Assembly: GCA_963804975.1 (NCBI GenBank)
Contig: CAWDSG010000002.1
Span: 53,554 to 117,553, forward strand
Direction: 5' to 3'
DNA: 64,000 nucleotides
From: an uncultured bacterium
Lineage (GTDB): Bacteria; Patescibacteriota; Minisyncoccia; Phycocordibacterales; GWA1-40-21
This document shows, piece by piece, positions 28,832 to 38,140 of the stretch (position 1 is its first letter; each line of letters starts with the position of its first letter). Both the position numbers and the translations under genes were made by a program. The notes beneath the pieces are model-generated. The model had not been told where the DNA came from and did not search any database. It saw only the letters and a list, made by a program, of their open reading frames with translations.

Positions 28832-29917
28832 TTATTTCTGTCCTTCCAAAAACTTAATCACCACTTCATTTGAAAGAATCATTTCAACGTATGCTCTAAT
28901 CCTTTCTGGGTCGGCGTCTTTGTAAAGTTCCGTCAGATGCTTAATTTCTTTTTCCAATCTTTCCTTTTCAGGTTCAATTTTTTCTTCAAGAGAAATTTTC
29001 TGCAGAACTAACTGGGTTTTTGCCCGTTTTTCCGCGTCTGGTCTCCATTCTTTTTTCAAATCATCCCAAGTTTTCTTTATGTGTTTTAAATAATCTTCCG
29101 GCTGAAGCCCCATTTGCGCGATATCGGCTTTGAATTGTCCTTCCATCTTATCAAGCTCGCTTTCAATGAGGATTTTCGGCATCCCAATCTTTGATTCATT
29201 GGTGATTTTTTCAAGCATTTCCATTATTTTCTTGTCTCTCGCTTTCATTTCTTTTTCCCCGGCGATATTTTCTTTCAGCTTGATTTTAAAATCGGCGACA
29301 TCGCTGAATTGTCCCAATTTTTTTACGAATTCATCATTCAATTCCGGCAATTTTGTTTCCTCATGCTTACAATTTTCATCATGAGTATGACTTGCCCCGT
29401 GAAGTTCTGAATTTTTTACTTCACTGGGGTTTTGATGCGCATACATTCTTTTTATTTCTTCTATCGTTTCTTCAACTTGTTTTTCCGTTACTTCTTCCGG
29501 TTTTATTTCTTTTTCGTTTTCTTTCTTGGCGATTTTTTTGTAATCTGCAAGCTTCACTTCCGGCATTACTGTTACTTTTATCTTGAATTCTAAAGGAGCG
29601 CCGAGAGCAATTTTGCTTATGCTGATTTCCGGCCTGCCGAGAAAATTTATTTTTGATTCGGCGATTATTTCAATAGCGCAGTCGTTGATCGCCATTTCTC
29701 CAGCTTCTTCAAGCAAGCCGATATCGCCAATTTTTTCTTTCAGCTTGTTATCTGGCACATGGCCTTTGCGGAAACCCGGTAATTCGGTAACATCTTTTAT
29801 TTTTTTGAAGGCCTTATCTTTGTATGCCTCAAGCGCTTCTTTTGAAATCTCTGCGGTTATTTCCGCAATGCAATCCGGAAGATTTTTGGTTTCTTTTATA
29901 GTGTATATTTTTGTCAT
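28832..29917 (-). CDS. tig: Trigger factor (short, PPIase domain apparently absent)
   Basis: LPGFRKGHVP ribosome-binding motif, LPELNDEF; 361 aa. Confidence 0.92.
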   Translation of the reverse strand: MTKIYTIKETKNLPDCIAEITAEISKEALEAYKDKAFKKIKDVTELPGFRKGHVPDNKLKEKIGDIGLLEEAGEMAINDCAIEIIAESKINFLGRPEISISKIALGAPLEFKIKVTVMPEVKLADYKKIAKKENEKEIKPEEVTEKQVEETIEEIKRMYAHQNPSEVKNSELHGASHTHDENCKHEETKLPELNDEFVKKLGQFSDVADFKIKLKENIAGEKEMKARDKKIMEMLEKITNESKIGMPKILIESELDKMEGQFKADIAQMGLQPEDYLKHIKKTWDDLKKEWRPDAEKRAKTQLVLQKISLEEKIEPEKERLEKEIKHLTELYKDADPERIRAYVEMILSNEVVIKFLEGQK

Positions 29918-29942
29918 TCCAAGAGTGTAACGGAAAACAAGA

Positions 29943-29989
29943 TAAAATGCAAAAGGCGGCTCGCTTCGCGAGCCGCCTTTTGCATTTTA
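29943..29989. terminator. Long perfect hairpin (terminator / REP-like)
   Basis: 22-bp stem, TTC loop. Confidence 0.65.
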
Positions 29990-29990
29990 G

Positions 29991-30206
29991 TTATTTTTTA
30001 GGATTTTCCGAATCGAGAGTGGTAGCGGTATTATTTATTTGTTCCGTAGTTGTAGAATTTTGCTGATTTTGCAGGGCCTGAAATTCTTTTTGTTTTTCAA
30101 TTCTTTGCCCGAAAAAGTAAATTCCGCCGAAAACTAGCATCAAAATCACTATTAGAATTCCTGATAAAGTGCCAATTTCATTTTTTTGATTATTTTGCGT
30201 TTGCAT
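29991..30206 (-). CDS. Small single-TM protein
   Basis: GTLSGILIVILMLVFGGIYFF TM segment. Confidence 0.6.
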   Translation of the reverse strand: MQTQNNQKNEIGTLSGILIVILMLVFGGIYFFGQRIEKQKEFQALQNQQNSTTTEQINNTATTLDSENPKK

Positions 30207-30267
30207 TGGAGTGTCTTTATATTTTGAATTCTAAAACAATATCTCAGATATTGCAAGTGTTTTGCTA

Positions 30268-30302
30268 AAAAGAGCGGTTTTGCTTCGCAAAACCGCTCTT
30301 TT
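30268..30302 (-). terminator. nusA terminator
   Basis: 16-bp stem, 3-nt loop, T run on minus strand. Confidence 0.7.
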
Positions 30303-30318
30303 ATTTTGGCAAGTTTTT

Positions 30319-31524
30319 TTATTGAGTTTCTTTTTCACCTTCTATCTCGTCTGCCTCCACATATTCTCCTTCCACTGAAATAATATCTATTTTCCATCCG
30401 GTGAGCTTCGCGGCCAATCTGACATTCTGTCCGCCCTTGCCGATAGCGAGCGATTGCTGGTCTCTCGCCACTTCCACAGTCGCTTTCTTTTCCTCATCAT
30501 TCGTTTCTATTGAAAGGATTCTTGCCGGCGAAAGAGCTTCTTCTATGAATTTTTTCGGATCGGCCGACCATTCTATGATGTCTATTTTTTCTCCGCCGAG
30601 CTCGGACATGACGGTCGTGACTCGGACTCCGCGCTGGCCGACAAGCGAGCCGACAGGGTCTATATGGTCGTCTTTTGAAGACACTGCGATTTTTGACCTT
30701 GAGCCGGCTTCCCGCGCGATTGATTTTATCAAGACGGTGCCCGCGCCAAGCTCCGGGGATTCGCTTTTGAACAATTCCTCCAAAAATCTCGGATGGGAAC
30801 GGGAAAGGCGCAAGAAAATTCCTTTCGGAGTTTCTTCCACTCTGTAAAGGTATGCCCTGATTCTTTCTCCCGGCTTGTATCTTTCTCCTGGAATCTGCTC
30901 TTCATAAGGCAAAATAGCGGTAGCTCTGCCCATATCCACAAAAAGATTTCCTCTTTCAAGGCGCTGAACGGTACCGATGACAATAGTGCCTTCCTTTTCT
31001 CCGTATTCGTTGAAGACAGAAACTTTTTCTGCTTCTCTGATTTTTTGGACGATGACCTGTTTTGCGGTCTGGGCTGCAATCCTGCCATAGTCGCTTTTCT
31101 CCTCAAGAGGGAAGACGAGTTCATCTCCGACTTTAGCGTCTTTTTTTATTTTTTTCGCGTCTGCCAGGAAAATATGATGCTCTGGATTGTAATAGACGAT
31201 TTTTTCCCCTTTCTCGTTCAATTCCTCTTTTTCCTCATCAAATCTTCTGGATTTTTTAAACCGCTCTTCCGCTTCTTTGTCTTCCTTTTTTTCTTCACGC
31301 ATGACCACGCTGTCTTTATCCACGACGGTTTTCACCTGGATGAATTCCATTTTTCCGCTTGAAAGATCGATTTTGGCTTTTATGATCTGGCCTCTTTTGC
31401 CGTATTCTTTTTTATATGCGGTAGCGAGGGCCATTTCTATGGCCTCCACCATTTTTTCTTTCGGTATGCCTTTTTCCTGCTCCATCTGCTCTATGACCGA
31501 ATTTATGACTTTTAGATCTATCAT
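30319..31524 (-). CDS. nusA: Transcription termination factor NusA
   Basis: GRIAAQTAKQ, AREAGSRSKIAV, AIGKGGQNVRLAAKLTGWKIDI. Confidence 0.97.
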   Translation of the reverse strand: MIDLKVINSVIEQMEQEKGIPKEKMVEAIEMALATAYKKEYGKRGQIIKAKIDLSSGKMEFIQVKTVVDKDSVVMREEKKEDKEAEERFKKSRRFDEEKEELNEKGEKIVYYNPEHHIFLADAKKIKKDAKVGDELVFPLEEKSDYGRIAAQTAKQVIVQKIREAEKVSVFNEYGEKEGTIVIGTVQRLERGNLFVDMGRATAILPYEEQIPGERYKPGERIRAYLYRVEETPKGIFLRLSRSHPRFLEELFKSESPELGAGTVLIKSIAREAGSRSKIAVSSKDDHIDPVGSLVGQRGVRVTTVMSELGGEKIDIIEWSADPKKFIEEALSPARILSIETNDEEKKATVEVARDQQSLAIGKGGQNVRLAAKLTGWKIDIISVEGEYVEADEIEGEKETQ

Positions 31525-31669
31525 TTGATTGATTTTTGTTAGTTTTTAAAAAAATGGGTTCGCCATCGGCGAACCTAATACCGCTCTATCATACACAATT
31601 GTCTTTTTTTGTCAATATTTGATATAATTGTATCAGTATTATCAATTTAATCATACAAAATTCACATTT

Positions 31670-34315
31670 ATGAAAAAAATTCTATTGGTTTCATCGGTGC
31701 TTGTTTTTTGCCTCTTTGCCGTTAACTCGGCTTCCGCCCAAGTTGTGGCGCAAAATACATCTTCAGGCGGCGTTGTCGTTGCCACGGTAAATATATATAA
31801 CGCAAAAATCGTATCGCAGGACGGCAGGAATTTTGCATTGTCTTTTGAACTTTCAAATGAATCCGGCGTCCAGCCGCAAGTGGAATATTCCGTCAGATTG
31901 ACAGAAAATTCATCGTCCGGAGAAACTTTGGTGGATGAAAAAGTTTATGATAAAACTATTTCTCTTGATCAGAAAACAACCATCAATCAAACCATAAATT
32001 ACAGCGTGCCGAATGCGCTTCCTGCGGGCACATATGGCATTTGGATTATGAGCAGGAATGAAAGCGGTTTGCCTCTTGCCATTGCCTATGTCGGAGACGT
32101 GAAAATTGCGGCGAGCGTGGCAGGCACCGTTGAAATAATTCCCGATTCCTGTTATCTGACTGCGGGAACAAGTACTCAAAAATATTCTTTGTCTCAAGGT
32201 ATTTTGATTTCAGATTCGGATAAAATAATTGAAACTTGCAAAATTGCGAGCAATTTATCAAAAGGCGCGGTTCTTACTCCGAAATTTGAAACAAGAAGCA
32301 ACAGTGTTTTTGGTACAGATGTGGCGCAGTCCGGCGGAGCAACGGGTACGATAGAAATTAAAAACGGCGCGAATGATATATCTCTTGCATTGCCGAAAGC
32401 AACGGCGCCGGGAAATTATGTTTCTATTTTATCGCTCGCCTCTTCCGTAGGACAAATAACTTCAAATGAAGTTACAGCCAATTACACCATCAAAGGTTTG
32501 AGCGGAACTATACAAAATGTCATTCTTGATAAAACTTTTTACAAAGCAGGCGATATGGCCAATCTCCAGATATTCAGGACATTATCGGGAATTGTTTCAA
32601 CGACAACGATAACCACTTCAATAACGGACGGTCAGGGCAACGCCTGTTCAAATTCCGCGGAAGTGCAAATACCGTCAAATATCTTGATAACGAATATGCA
32701 GATACCGATTGCCAAAGATTGCGCCAATCCAAAAGCGAATATCACTTTATCGGCAAACGGAACAATTCTTGATTCAAAAGATTTTCAAATTACAACTCCT
32801 GCAAATCTTCTGCCTAAACCTGCAATCAATGCAAATAATCTGATTATCATAATAATCATCGTTTTGATTTTACTGATGATTATTTTCAGAAAAAAGAAAC
32901 AGCCGGCAGTCAGCGCACTTATTTTTATTTTTCTGCTTGCATCCGCTCTGTTTGGTTTTTCAAAAAATGTTTCAGCAAATACCGTATCATTCGGCTTTTC
33001 TTCAAATGATCCATCCATAGGTTGTGGAAATTATTGCTATGTCAACATAGTGACAGGTTTGGATAAAAGCTCTTATACTCCAAGTGGAAACATGATTGCT
33101 TCAAATTTTTCCGCATCCAATATACTTGTAAATATTACCGTGCAAGGATATATTGATTCAGGTTCCCATTCCACAATAGCGTCACTTACCTATTTTTCAA
33201 GCGGAGGCCAAACAAGCGTGAAAAATTTTACAGCTCCCGCATCTGCCGGTTCGCATAATTTTAATGTATATAATTATTTTTGTCAGGTAGTTCCAATATT
33301 TGGAAGCTGCATTTCCGGCACCGGTGGCAGCAAAACTCAAGCGATTCCATTTACCGTTTCTGCTCCTCTGACAATCAGCATCTCTGCCAATCCTTCCATC
33401 GTCACTTCCGGCGGCCAGACAACTATTACTTATAGCGGTTCAAATACAAGCGCTTACACACTTTCCTCAAATCCTGATATGGTGGCATTATCAAAAACTG
33501 TAAAAGTTGCCAATACTGATTTAAATAATGTTGCTACGGTTTTACAATCGGCAAATAATTTGAATGGTAATCCTTTTAACTATACGGTGCCTGTCAACAT
33601 TTCTCAAACTACAACTTTCACTCTTTCAGCTACCGGGACGGATGGCGTGACAACTGCATCAACCAGCACGATTGTGAATGTAGCGGGCAAGAGCTGCGCC
33701 GATTGCGCTAATGGTACCGGTTTTCAGGCCCCGGCCAATGTCTATGCGACCACCACCTGCAGCAACATGCAACCGATCATAACGTGGACAAATCTTGACA
33801 GTAACGTTGAAGATTATATATACAGGGGAGCGACGTTGATAGCGACAATAACAGGAAATTCATATCAAGATAATGCGGTTGCATTATCAAACGGCAAGCA
33901 ATATTCATATACAATCCAAGAATATGACGCAGGCGCCGCCAGCACTTCTCCGATGTCTGCAGCCAGTTCATTTACTTATAGTTCTTGTCCTAAAGCGCAG
34001 CAGCCGATAACATCTTCTACTGATTGTTCAGCAAGCCAGGCAGGTTCCCCAATTATTTATGTGAATAAGGCAATGACTTGGACAATGGAAAATCTTGATC
34101 CAAAATTTATCGTGTCCAGCACCATTTGGAGCGGCACCGATTTGCCTTCCGCCGGCATAACCACAAACGGAACGTCATTGAGCAAAATTTACACAACAGT
34201 CGGTTCAAAGACGATAAACGCTACTACGACGGGCACTATAGATGGAAGTTCTACTTACACGGCGACTTGTTCCACAACAGTAAAATTGAAACAGGGGATT
34301 ATTCAGGAAATATAA
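31670..34315 (+). CDS. Large surface protein with Ig/FN3/PKD-like domains and an internal hydrophobic hairpin
   Basis: Signal peptide (SASA), S/T-rich beta domains, two central hydrophobic segments. Confidence 0.75.
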   Translation: MKKILLVSSVLVFCLFAVNSASAQVVAQNTSSGGVVVATVNIYNAKIVSQDGRNFALSFELSNESGVQPQVEYSVRLTENSSSGETLVDEKVYDKTISLDQKTTINQTINYSVPNALPAGTYGIWIMSRNESGLPLAIAYVGDVKIAASVAGTVEIIPDSCYLTAGTSTQKYSLSQGILISDSDKIIETCKIASNLSKGAVLTPKFETRSNSVFGTDVAQSGGATGTIEIKNGANDISLALPKATAPGNYVSILSLASSVGQITSNEVTANYTIKGLSGTIQNVILDKTFYKAGDMANLQIFRTLSGIVSTTTITTSITDGQGNACSNSAEVQIPSNILITNMQIPIAKDCANPKANITLSANGTILDSKDFQITTPANLLPKPAINANNLIIIIIIVLILLMIIFRKKKQPAVSALIFIFLLASALFGFSKNVSANTVSFGFSSNDPSIGCGNYCYVNIVTGLDKSSYTPSGNMIASNFSASNILVNITVQGYIDSGSHSTIASLTYFSSGGQTSVKNFTAPASAGSHNFNVYNYFCQVVPIFGSCISGTGGSKTQAIPFTVSAPLTISISANPSIVTSGGQTTITYSGSNTSAYTLSSNPDMVALSKTVKVANTDLNNVATVLQSANNLNGNPFNYTVPVNISQTTTFTLSATGTDGVTTASTSTIVNVAGKSCADCANGTGFQAPANVYATTTCSNMQPIITWTNLDSNVEDYIYRGATLIATITGNSYQDNAVALSNGKQYSYTIQEYDAGAASTSPMSAASSFTYSSCPKAQQPITSSTDCSASQAGSPIIYVNKAMTWTMENLDPKFIVSSTIWSGTDLPSAGITTNGTSLSKIYTTVGSKTINATTTGTIDGSSTYTATCSTTVKLKQGIIQEI

Positions 34316-34320
34316 AAAAA

Positions 34321-34376
34321 GTGCTTGACAAATTGGTGAATATAGTATAACCTACAGGCAGATGTTAGTAAAGGTT
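34321..34376 (+). promoter_or_regulatory. Promoter/leader copy A upstream of lipoprotein 34453
   Basis: TTGACA...TAGTATAA; 47/56 identical to reverse complement of 35716-35771. Confidence 0.7.
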
Positions 34377-34452
34377 TCTCTCTAAATGGGGGGATTCCAA
34401 TACCCCTATAAAATTAATAAGAAATCAAAAATAAACAACCAAGGAGGTTGTC

Positions 34453-34920
34453 ATGAAACATTTATTGATGTTAACGGTTTTGTTGTTAACAAGTTCTTTG
34501 CTTGCGATTGTCGGATGCAGTAATCCGTCTCCGGCAGGGCCAGGTCCTTCGCCGACATTAACGCCGACGGTAACAGCAATCCCGACAAAAACGATTCGGT
34601 GTGATATTAACATCACTGCATCGTCTTCCTCGGATCCAGTAACGATTGATTATTTGGATGCGAGTGTTGTTGGGGGAGGAGTATCGCAGCAGATTATTCT
34701 TCCGGTAGGCATATCATCAAAATCGTTTACTTTCACGGCTGTTGTAGGTGGCGAATTTCAGATAAAAGTAAGATATAAGGCTGTTAGCGTACCATCTACT
34801 ATAACGATTGCAATTTATCAAAATACGATATTGATAGATAATCCTTCCGCAACCGATGGTTCATCAGCTGGACCAGTAACATTTACTTATGGACCGTTTG
34901 CAATTGCATCTTCACCTTAA
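34453..34920 (+). CDS. Predicted lipoprotein
   Basis: AGGAGG SD, lipobox IVG-C, P/T linker. Confidence 0.7.
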   Translation: MKHLLMLTVLLLTSSLLAIVGCSNPSPAGPGPSPTLTPTVTAIPTKTIRCDINITASSSSDPVTIDYLDASVVGGGVSQQIILPVGISSKSFTFTAVVGGEFQIKVRYKAVSVPSTITIAIYQNTILIDNPSATDGSSAGPVTFTYGPFAIASSP

Positions 34921-35102
34921 AGAAAAATTTTGGTTTCAAAAAAGGGTTCGTTTGGCATTTGCTTATAGCATTGCCGGGCGAACCCTTATTTTTTAAATTT
35001 TTTATAAATTTGTCAATCCCAAGGTCTCACCTCAGAGTTTTTTAGATGAGAACATATAAAGATTTTCTTTAGGTTGGACCTAAAGAATTTAAAAAAATAG
35101 CC

Positions 35103-35140
35103 CTAGTGAGTTTATATAATTAATTATATAAACTCACTAG
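35103..35140. repeat. Perfect 38-bp palindrome
   Basis: CTAGTGAGTTTATATAATT|AATTATATAAACTCACTAG. Confidence 0.85.
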
Positions 35141-35174
35141 AGCCGTAAACTAAAAATTATTACATGTGCAACTA

Positions 35175-35651
35175 CTATTTGGTAAGCGCCAACTGCCCAT
35201 TCGTAAATGGTCCTGAACAAGAATTATTGCCTTTGTATGTTCCATTAATTGTGGTGTTCGTTAAAGCAGCGGATCCTGAAAGATTTATTGTACAAGTTGC
35301 ATATATTGGTGATTGAATGCCGCCAACTGGCACAGCCATCGTAAAATTTAAAGTTGTTCCTGAAATTGTTCCTGAAACTGTACCATTGATGACAATACTG
35401 CCTCCACTGCCTGCTCTGGCTAAAAAAGTACCGCTTATACTGTCCCCTGATTGCACAATCTGCCAAGTGCATGGTCCTGGTACTCCCGCTCCTGACGAAT
35501 CCGCCACTGAACCAGACCATGTTCCGGTAAGATTCAACGCAAGCGTTGGCGTTGATGTCGAATTTTGCGGCGATGTTGAAGATTTACCGCACGAGATCAA
35601 AAACATTGAAACAAACACAGCAACTGCCAAAAACAACAATAACTTTTTCAT
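35175..35651 (-). CDS. Predicted lipoprotein (LTGTWSG beta-barrel type)
   Basis: AGGAGG SD, lipobox LIS-C, NLTGTWSG motif. Confidence 0.72.
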   Translation of the reverse strand: MKKLLLFLAVAVFVSMFLISCGKSSTSPQNSTSTPTLALNLTGTWSGSVADSSGAGVPGPCTWQIVQSGDSISGTFLARAGSGGSIVINGTVSGTISGTTLNFTMAVPVGGIQSPIYATCTINLSGSAALTNTTINGTYKGNNSCSGPFTNGQLALTK

Positions 35652-35715
35652 GTCTTCCTCCTAGAAGTATTTCCTTTATTTGATTCTAAAGGGTAAGGGG
35701 TCTCCTTATTGCGAG

Positions 35716-35771
35716 AACCTTTACTGACACCTGCTTGTATGTCATACTATATACATCAGTTTGTCAAGTAC
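35716..35771 (-). promoter_or_regulatory. Promoter/leader copy B upstream of lipoprotein 35651
   Basis: Inverted homolog of 34321-34376. Confidence 0.7.
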
Positions 35772-35800
35772 GCATAATAACACGTACATTACTCGTGCTC

Positions 35801-35829
35801 TTGACTTTATATTATTTATTTTGTACAAT
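35801..35829 (+). promoter_or_regulatory. Sigma70-type promoter of the radical SAM gene
   Basis: TTGACT-17-TACAAT. Confidence 0.6.
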
Positions 35830-35870
35830 TACAATAAATTTAGTTCATTAAAAAAGAAAGAAGGTGCAGA

Positions 35871-37163
35871 ATGTATAAAACGCTTTCAGGTCCAATTGCT
35901 GTGCAGATTGAGATAACCGAATTGTGCAATAACACATGCATGCATTGTTATAACTTTTTCAGACACAATGGTTATGTTTGTAAAACCATGTCCGAAAAAG
36001 AAGTTTCAATAGTTGTGAATGAATTACGGAAGCATCAAGTTATCAGGGGAACTATTACCGGAGGAGAACCGCTTATGGTCCCCGATATTTTTTTGAAATT
36101 GGTCGATGGAATGGCATCGATGGGAATGAGTATATCGGTGAACACCAACCTCATTTTTTTTAATGAAGCCATCGGAACCGAGCTACTCAAAAAAGGAGTC
36201 AAGGCCATATTGACAAGTATCATCGCTGATACCCCGGAATTACATGATTTTATAACTCAAAACCCGGGAAGTTGGGAAGGAACCATAAACGGAATCAAGC
36301 TTGCTAAAAAGATGGGTTTTCGAGTTTCAGCAAACATGGTTCTAACAAAATGGAATATCCAAAGAGTTCGTGAAGTCGGTAATCTTGCCAGTTCGCTCGG
36401 TGTGAATACATTTGGAGCGACTCGCGCTTGTTCTCCGGGTCCTATTGCGGAAGATTTTCATAAAAATATTATTTCCGTTGAGGAACTCCGAGAGAGCATA
36501 AAAATCCTCTATGAGTTAAAGGACAAGTGGAATTATCAAGTCGATGTTTTTGAACACTATCCTTGGTGTGCAATTAGCGACCTTGAGAAATACTCTCATC
36601 TGGCGAGAAGGACCTGCACAGCCGGAATAACGAGCTGTACAATAGGTACGGATGGCCAACTAAGGCCTTGCGGTCATTCCTCAATGAAGTACGGAAATAT
36701 TTTTTCCGAAGGAATATCAACTCCTTGGTTAAAAATGGCGGATTTGAGGAAACGTTTATATTCCGAATCGTGCAGAAAGTGCAGCTTATTTATGAAATGC
36801 ACTGGTGGTTGTCCGACAGAGATTCAGAATTCCCGGAACAAAAAGGATCCACATTGTATAAGCAAAAAGGACGTGGTTTCCCTTCCGGTAAAAAAAGAGA
36901 ATATCGTTGTATCATCGGATCCAGATTGTATCTACACTCTGAACAGTAAAATAGTTTTGCGCTACGAGAAGTTTGGAGGTACAATAGGATCTAGAGACAG
37001 CGATAAATTGTTATTTGCTGATAAGGAACTTTTTGATATCCTCATGAGTTTGAGGAATCAAAAGTTTTCTATCAGACAAATTTCCATTGAGTTCTCCAAG
37101 GATCTAGATCAAATTCTTCCGATATTTTCTTCTCTATTCTCGAAAGGATTTCTGGTCCAGTAA
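35871..37163 (+). CDS. Radical SAM/SPASM peptide maturase with probable C-terminal PqqD-like (RRE) domain
   Basis: CNNTCMHC, TGGEP, SPASM CTAG...C..G...PC...CRKC.....CTGGC...DPHC, C-terminal winged-helix-like 75 aa. Confidence 0.88.
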   Translation: MYKTLSGPIAVQIEITELCNNTCMHCYNFFRHNGYVCKTMSEKEVSIVVNELRKHQVIRGTITGGEPLMVPDIFLKLVDGMASMGMSISVNTNLIFFNEAIGTELLKKGVKAILTSIIADTPELHDFITQNPGSWEGTINGIKLAKKMGFRVSANMVLTKWNIQRVREVGNLASSLGVNTFGATRACSPGPIAEDFHKNIISVEELRESIKILYELKDKWNYQVDVFEHYPWCAISDLEKYSHLARRTCTAGITSCTIGTDGQLRPCGHSSMKYGNIFSEGISTPWLKMADLRKRLYSESCRKCSLFMKCTGGCPTEIQNSRNKKDPHCISKKDVVSLPVKKENIVVSSDPDCIYTLNSKIVLRYEKFGGTIGSRDSDKLLFADKELFDILMSLRNQKFSIRQISIEFSKDLDQILPIFSSLFSKGFLVQ

Positions 37164-37200
37164 ATTTTGATTTTTGATCCCAAAAAAGGAGGTGATGGGC

Positions 37201-37335
37201 ATGAAGTTCCTCGGATTGCAAGAAAAAAGCGAGACGAGTCAGGACGCTTCTGTTTTGAGCAATCCTGAAGAGTGCGACAGCGACTGCTACTATGACTGTA
37301 ACACGGAGTCCGATCATGCAGGAGCGAACGGATAA
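37201..37335 (+). CDS. Putative RiPP precursor peptide, 44 aa (not in ORF track)
   Basis: AGGAGGTG SD; MKFLGLQEKSETSQDASVLSNPEECDSDCYYDCNTESDHAGANG; followed by terminator. Confidence 0.75.
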   Translation: MKFLGLQEKSETSQDASVLSNPEECDSDCYYDCNTESDHAGANG

Positions 37336-37361
37336 GTTTCTTCCGAAGCACTCAATAAGCG

Positions 37362-37389
37362 AGCGGCAACAATATGTTGCCGCTTTTTT
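37362..37389 (+). terminator. Intrinsic terminator of the rSAM-peptide unit
   Basis: AGCGGCAACA-ATA-TGTTGCCGCT-TTTTT. Confidence 0.75.
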
Positions 37390-37425
37390 ATAGATATAAT
37401 AAATTTATTTTGCTATAATTAATAT

Positions 37426-38130
37426 ATGGAAAAACCTTCTCAAGTAGTCAAATTTGTTATTGATAAAGATTTGGATATTAAAAACCATTTCATTGCTTTA
37501 GATGCATATAAAATAAACAAAGAACGTGGAATCTCGCAAATTAAAGAAGAAGGTTCAGAAAATCTTTTGAAACTAAACTCAAATAAAGAGATTCAAGCAG
37601 AAATCGAAAAAACCATAGAACCATATTATAGGCAACAAGAGAAACTTCTTTCCCTTGCTGATGATATAAATAAAGAATGGATAAAAATCGAAAAAGACGT
37701 TATCCATAAACTTGAAACAATCCATAAATTTCCTTTTTCATTTACCTCAATAAAGGGAGTTTTGTCCTCGGCAAATAGATTTGGGTACGATTCAAATGGT
37801 GGATGGTTTGCAACGAATATGCGACAGAATAAATATATTTGCATAGATGTTGCAACTCATGAGCTAATGCATTTTATGTTTCATAAATATTATGATCAGA
37901 TTTGTAAAGAAAAAGGTTTATCCAAAAATCAGATGTGGGATATAAAAGAATCTTTTACTGTGTTGTTAAATATTGAATTTAATCAGTTTAGATTTCAAAG
38001 TGATAATAGCAAAGGATCACCATTACATATGGCATTAAGAGAAATAATAAAAAAATCTTGGGAAAAAAATCATGACTTTGATAAAGCTTTGGAAGAAGCC
38101 ATCAAATATATCAAAAGTATTGATAAGTAA
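37426..38130 (+). CDS. HExxH zincin-like hypothetical protein
   Basis: ATHELMHF...DIKES. Confidence 0.6.
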   Translation: MEKPSQVVKFVIDKDLDIKNHFIALDAYKINKERGISQIKEEGSENLLKLNSNKEIQAEIEKTIEPYYRQQEKLLSLADDINKEWIKIEKDVIHKLETIHKFPFSFTSIKGVLSSANRFGYDSNGGWFATNMRQNKYICIDVATHELMHFMFHKYYDQICKEKGLSKNQMWDIKESFTVLLNIEFNQFRFQSDNSKGSPLHMALREIIKKSWEKNHDFDKALEEAIKYIKSIDK

Positions 38131-38140
38131 AAAACCTGAA

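Noticed and set aside
37426-38130. HExxH protein as part of the RiPP cluster (leader peptidase or hydroxylase)
   Set aside because: Separated by a terminator, has its own -10-like sequence and no SD; the link cannot be supported without synteny data
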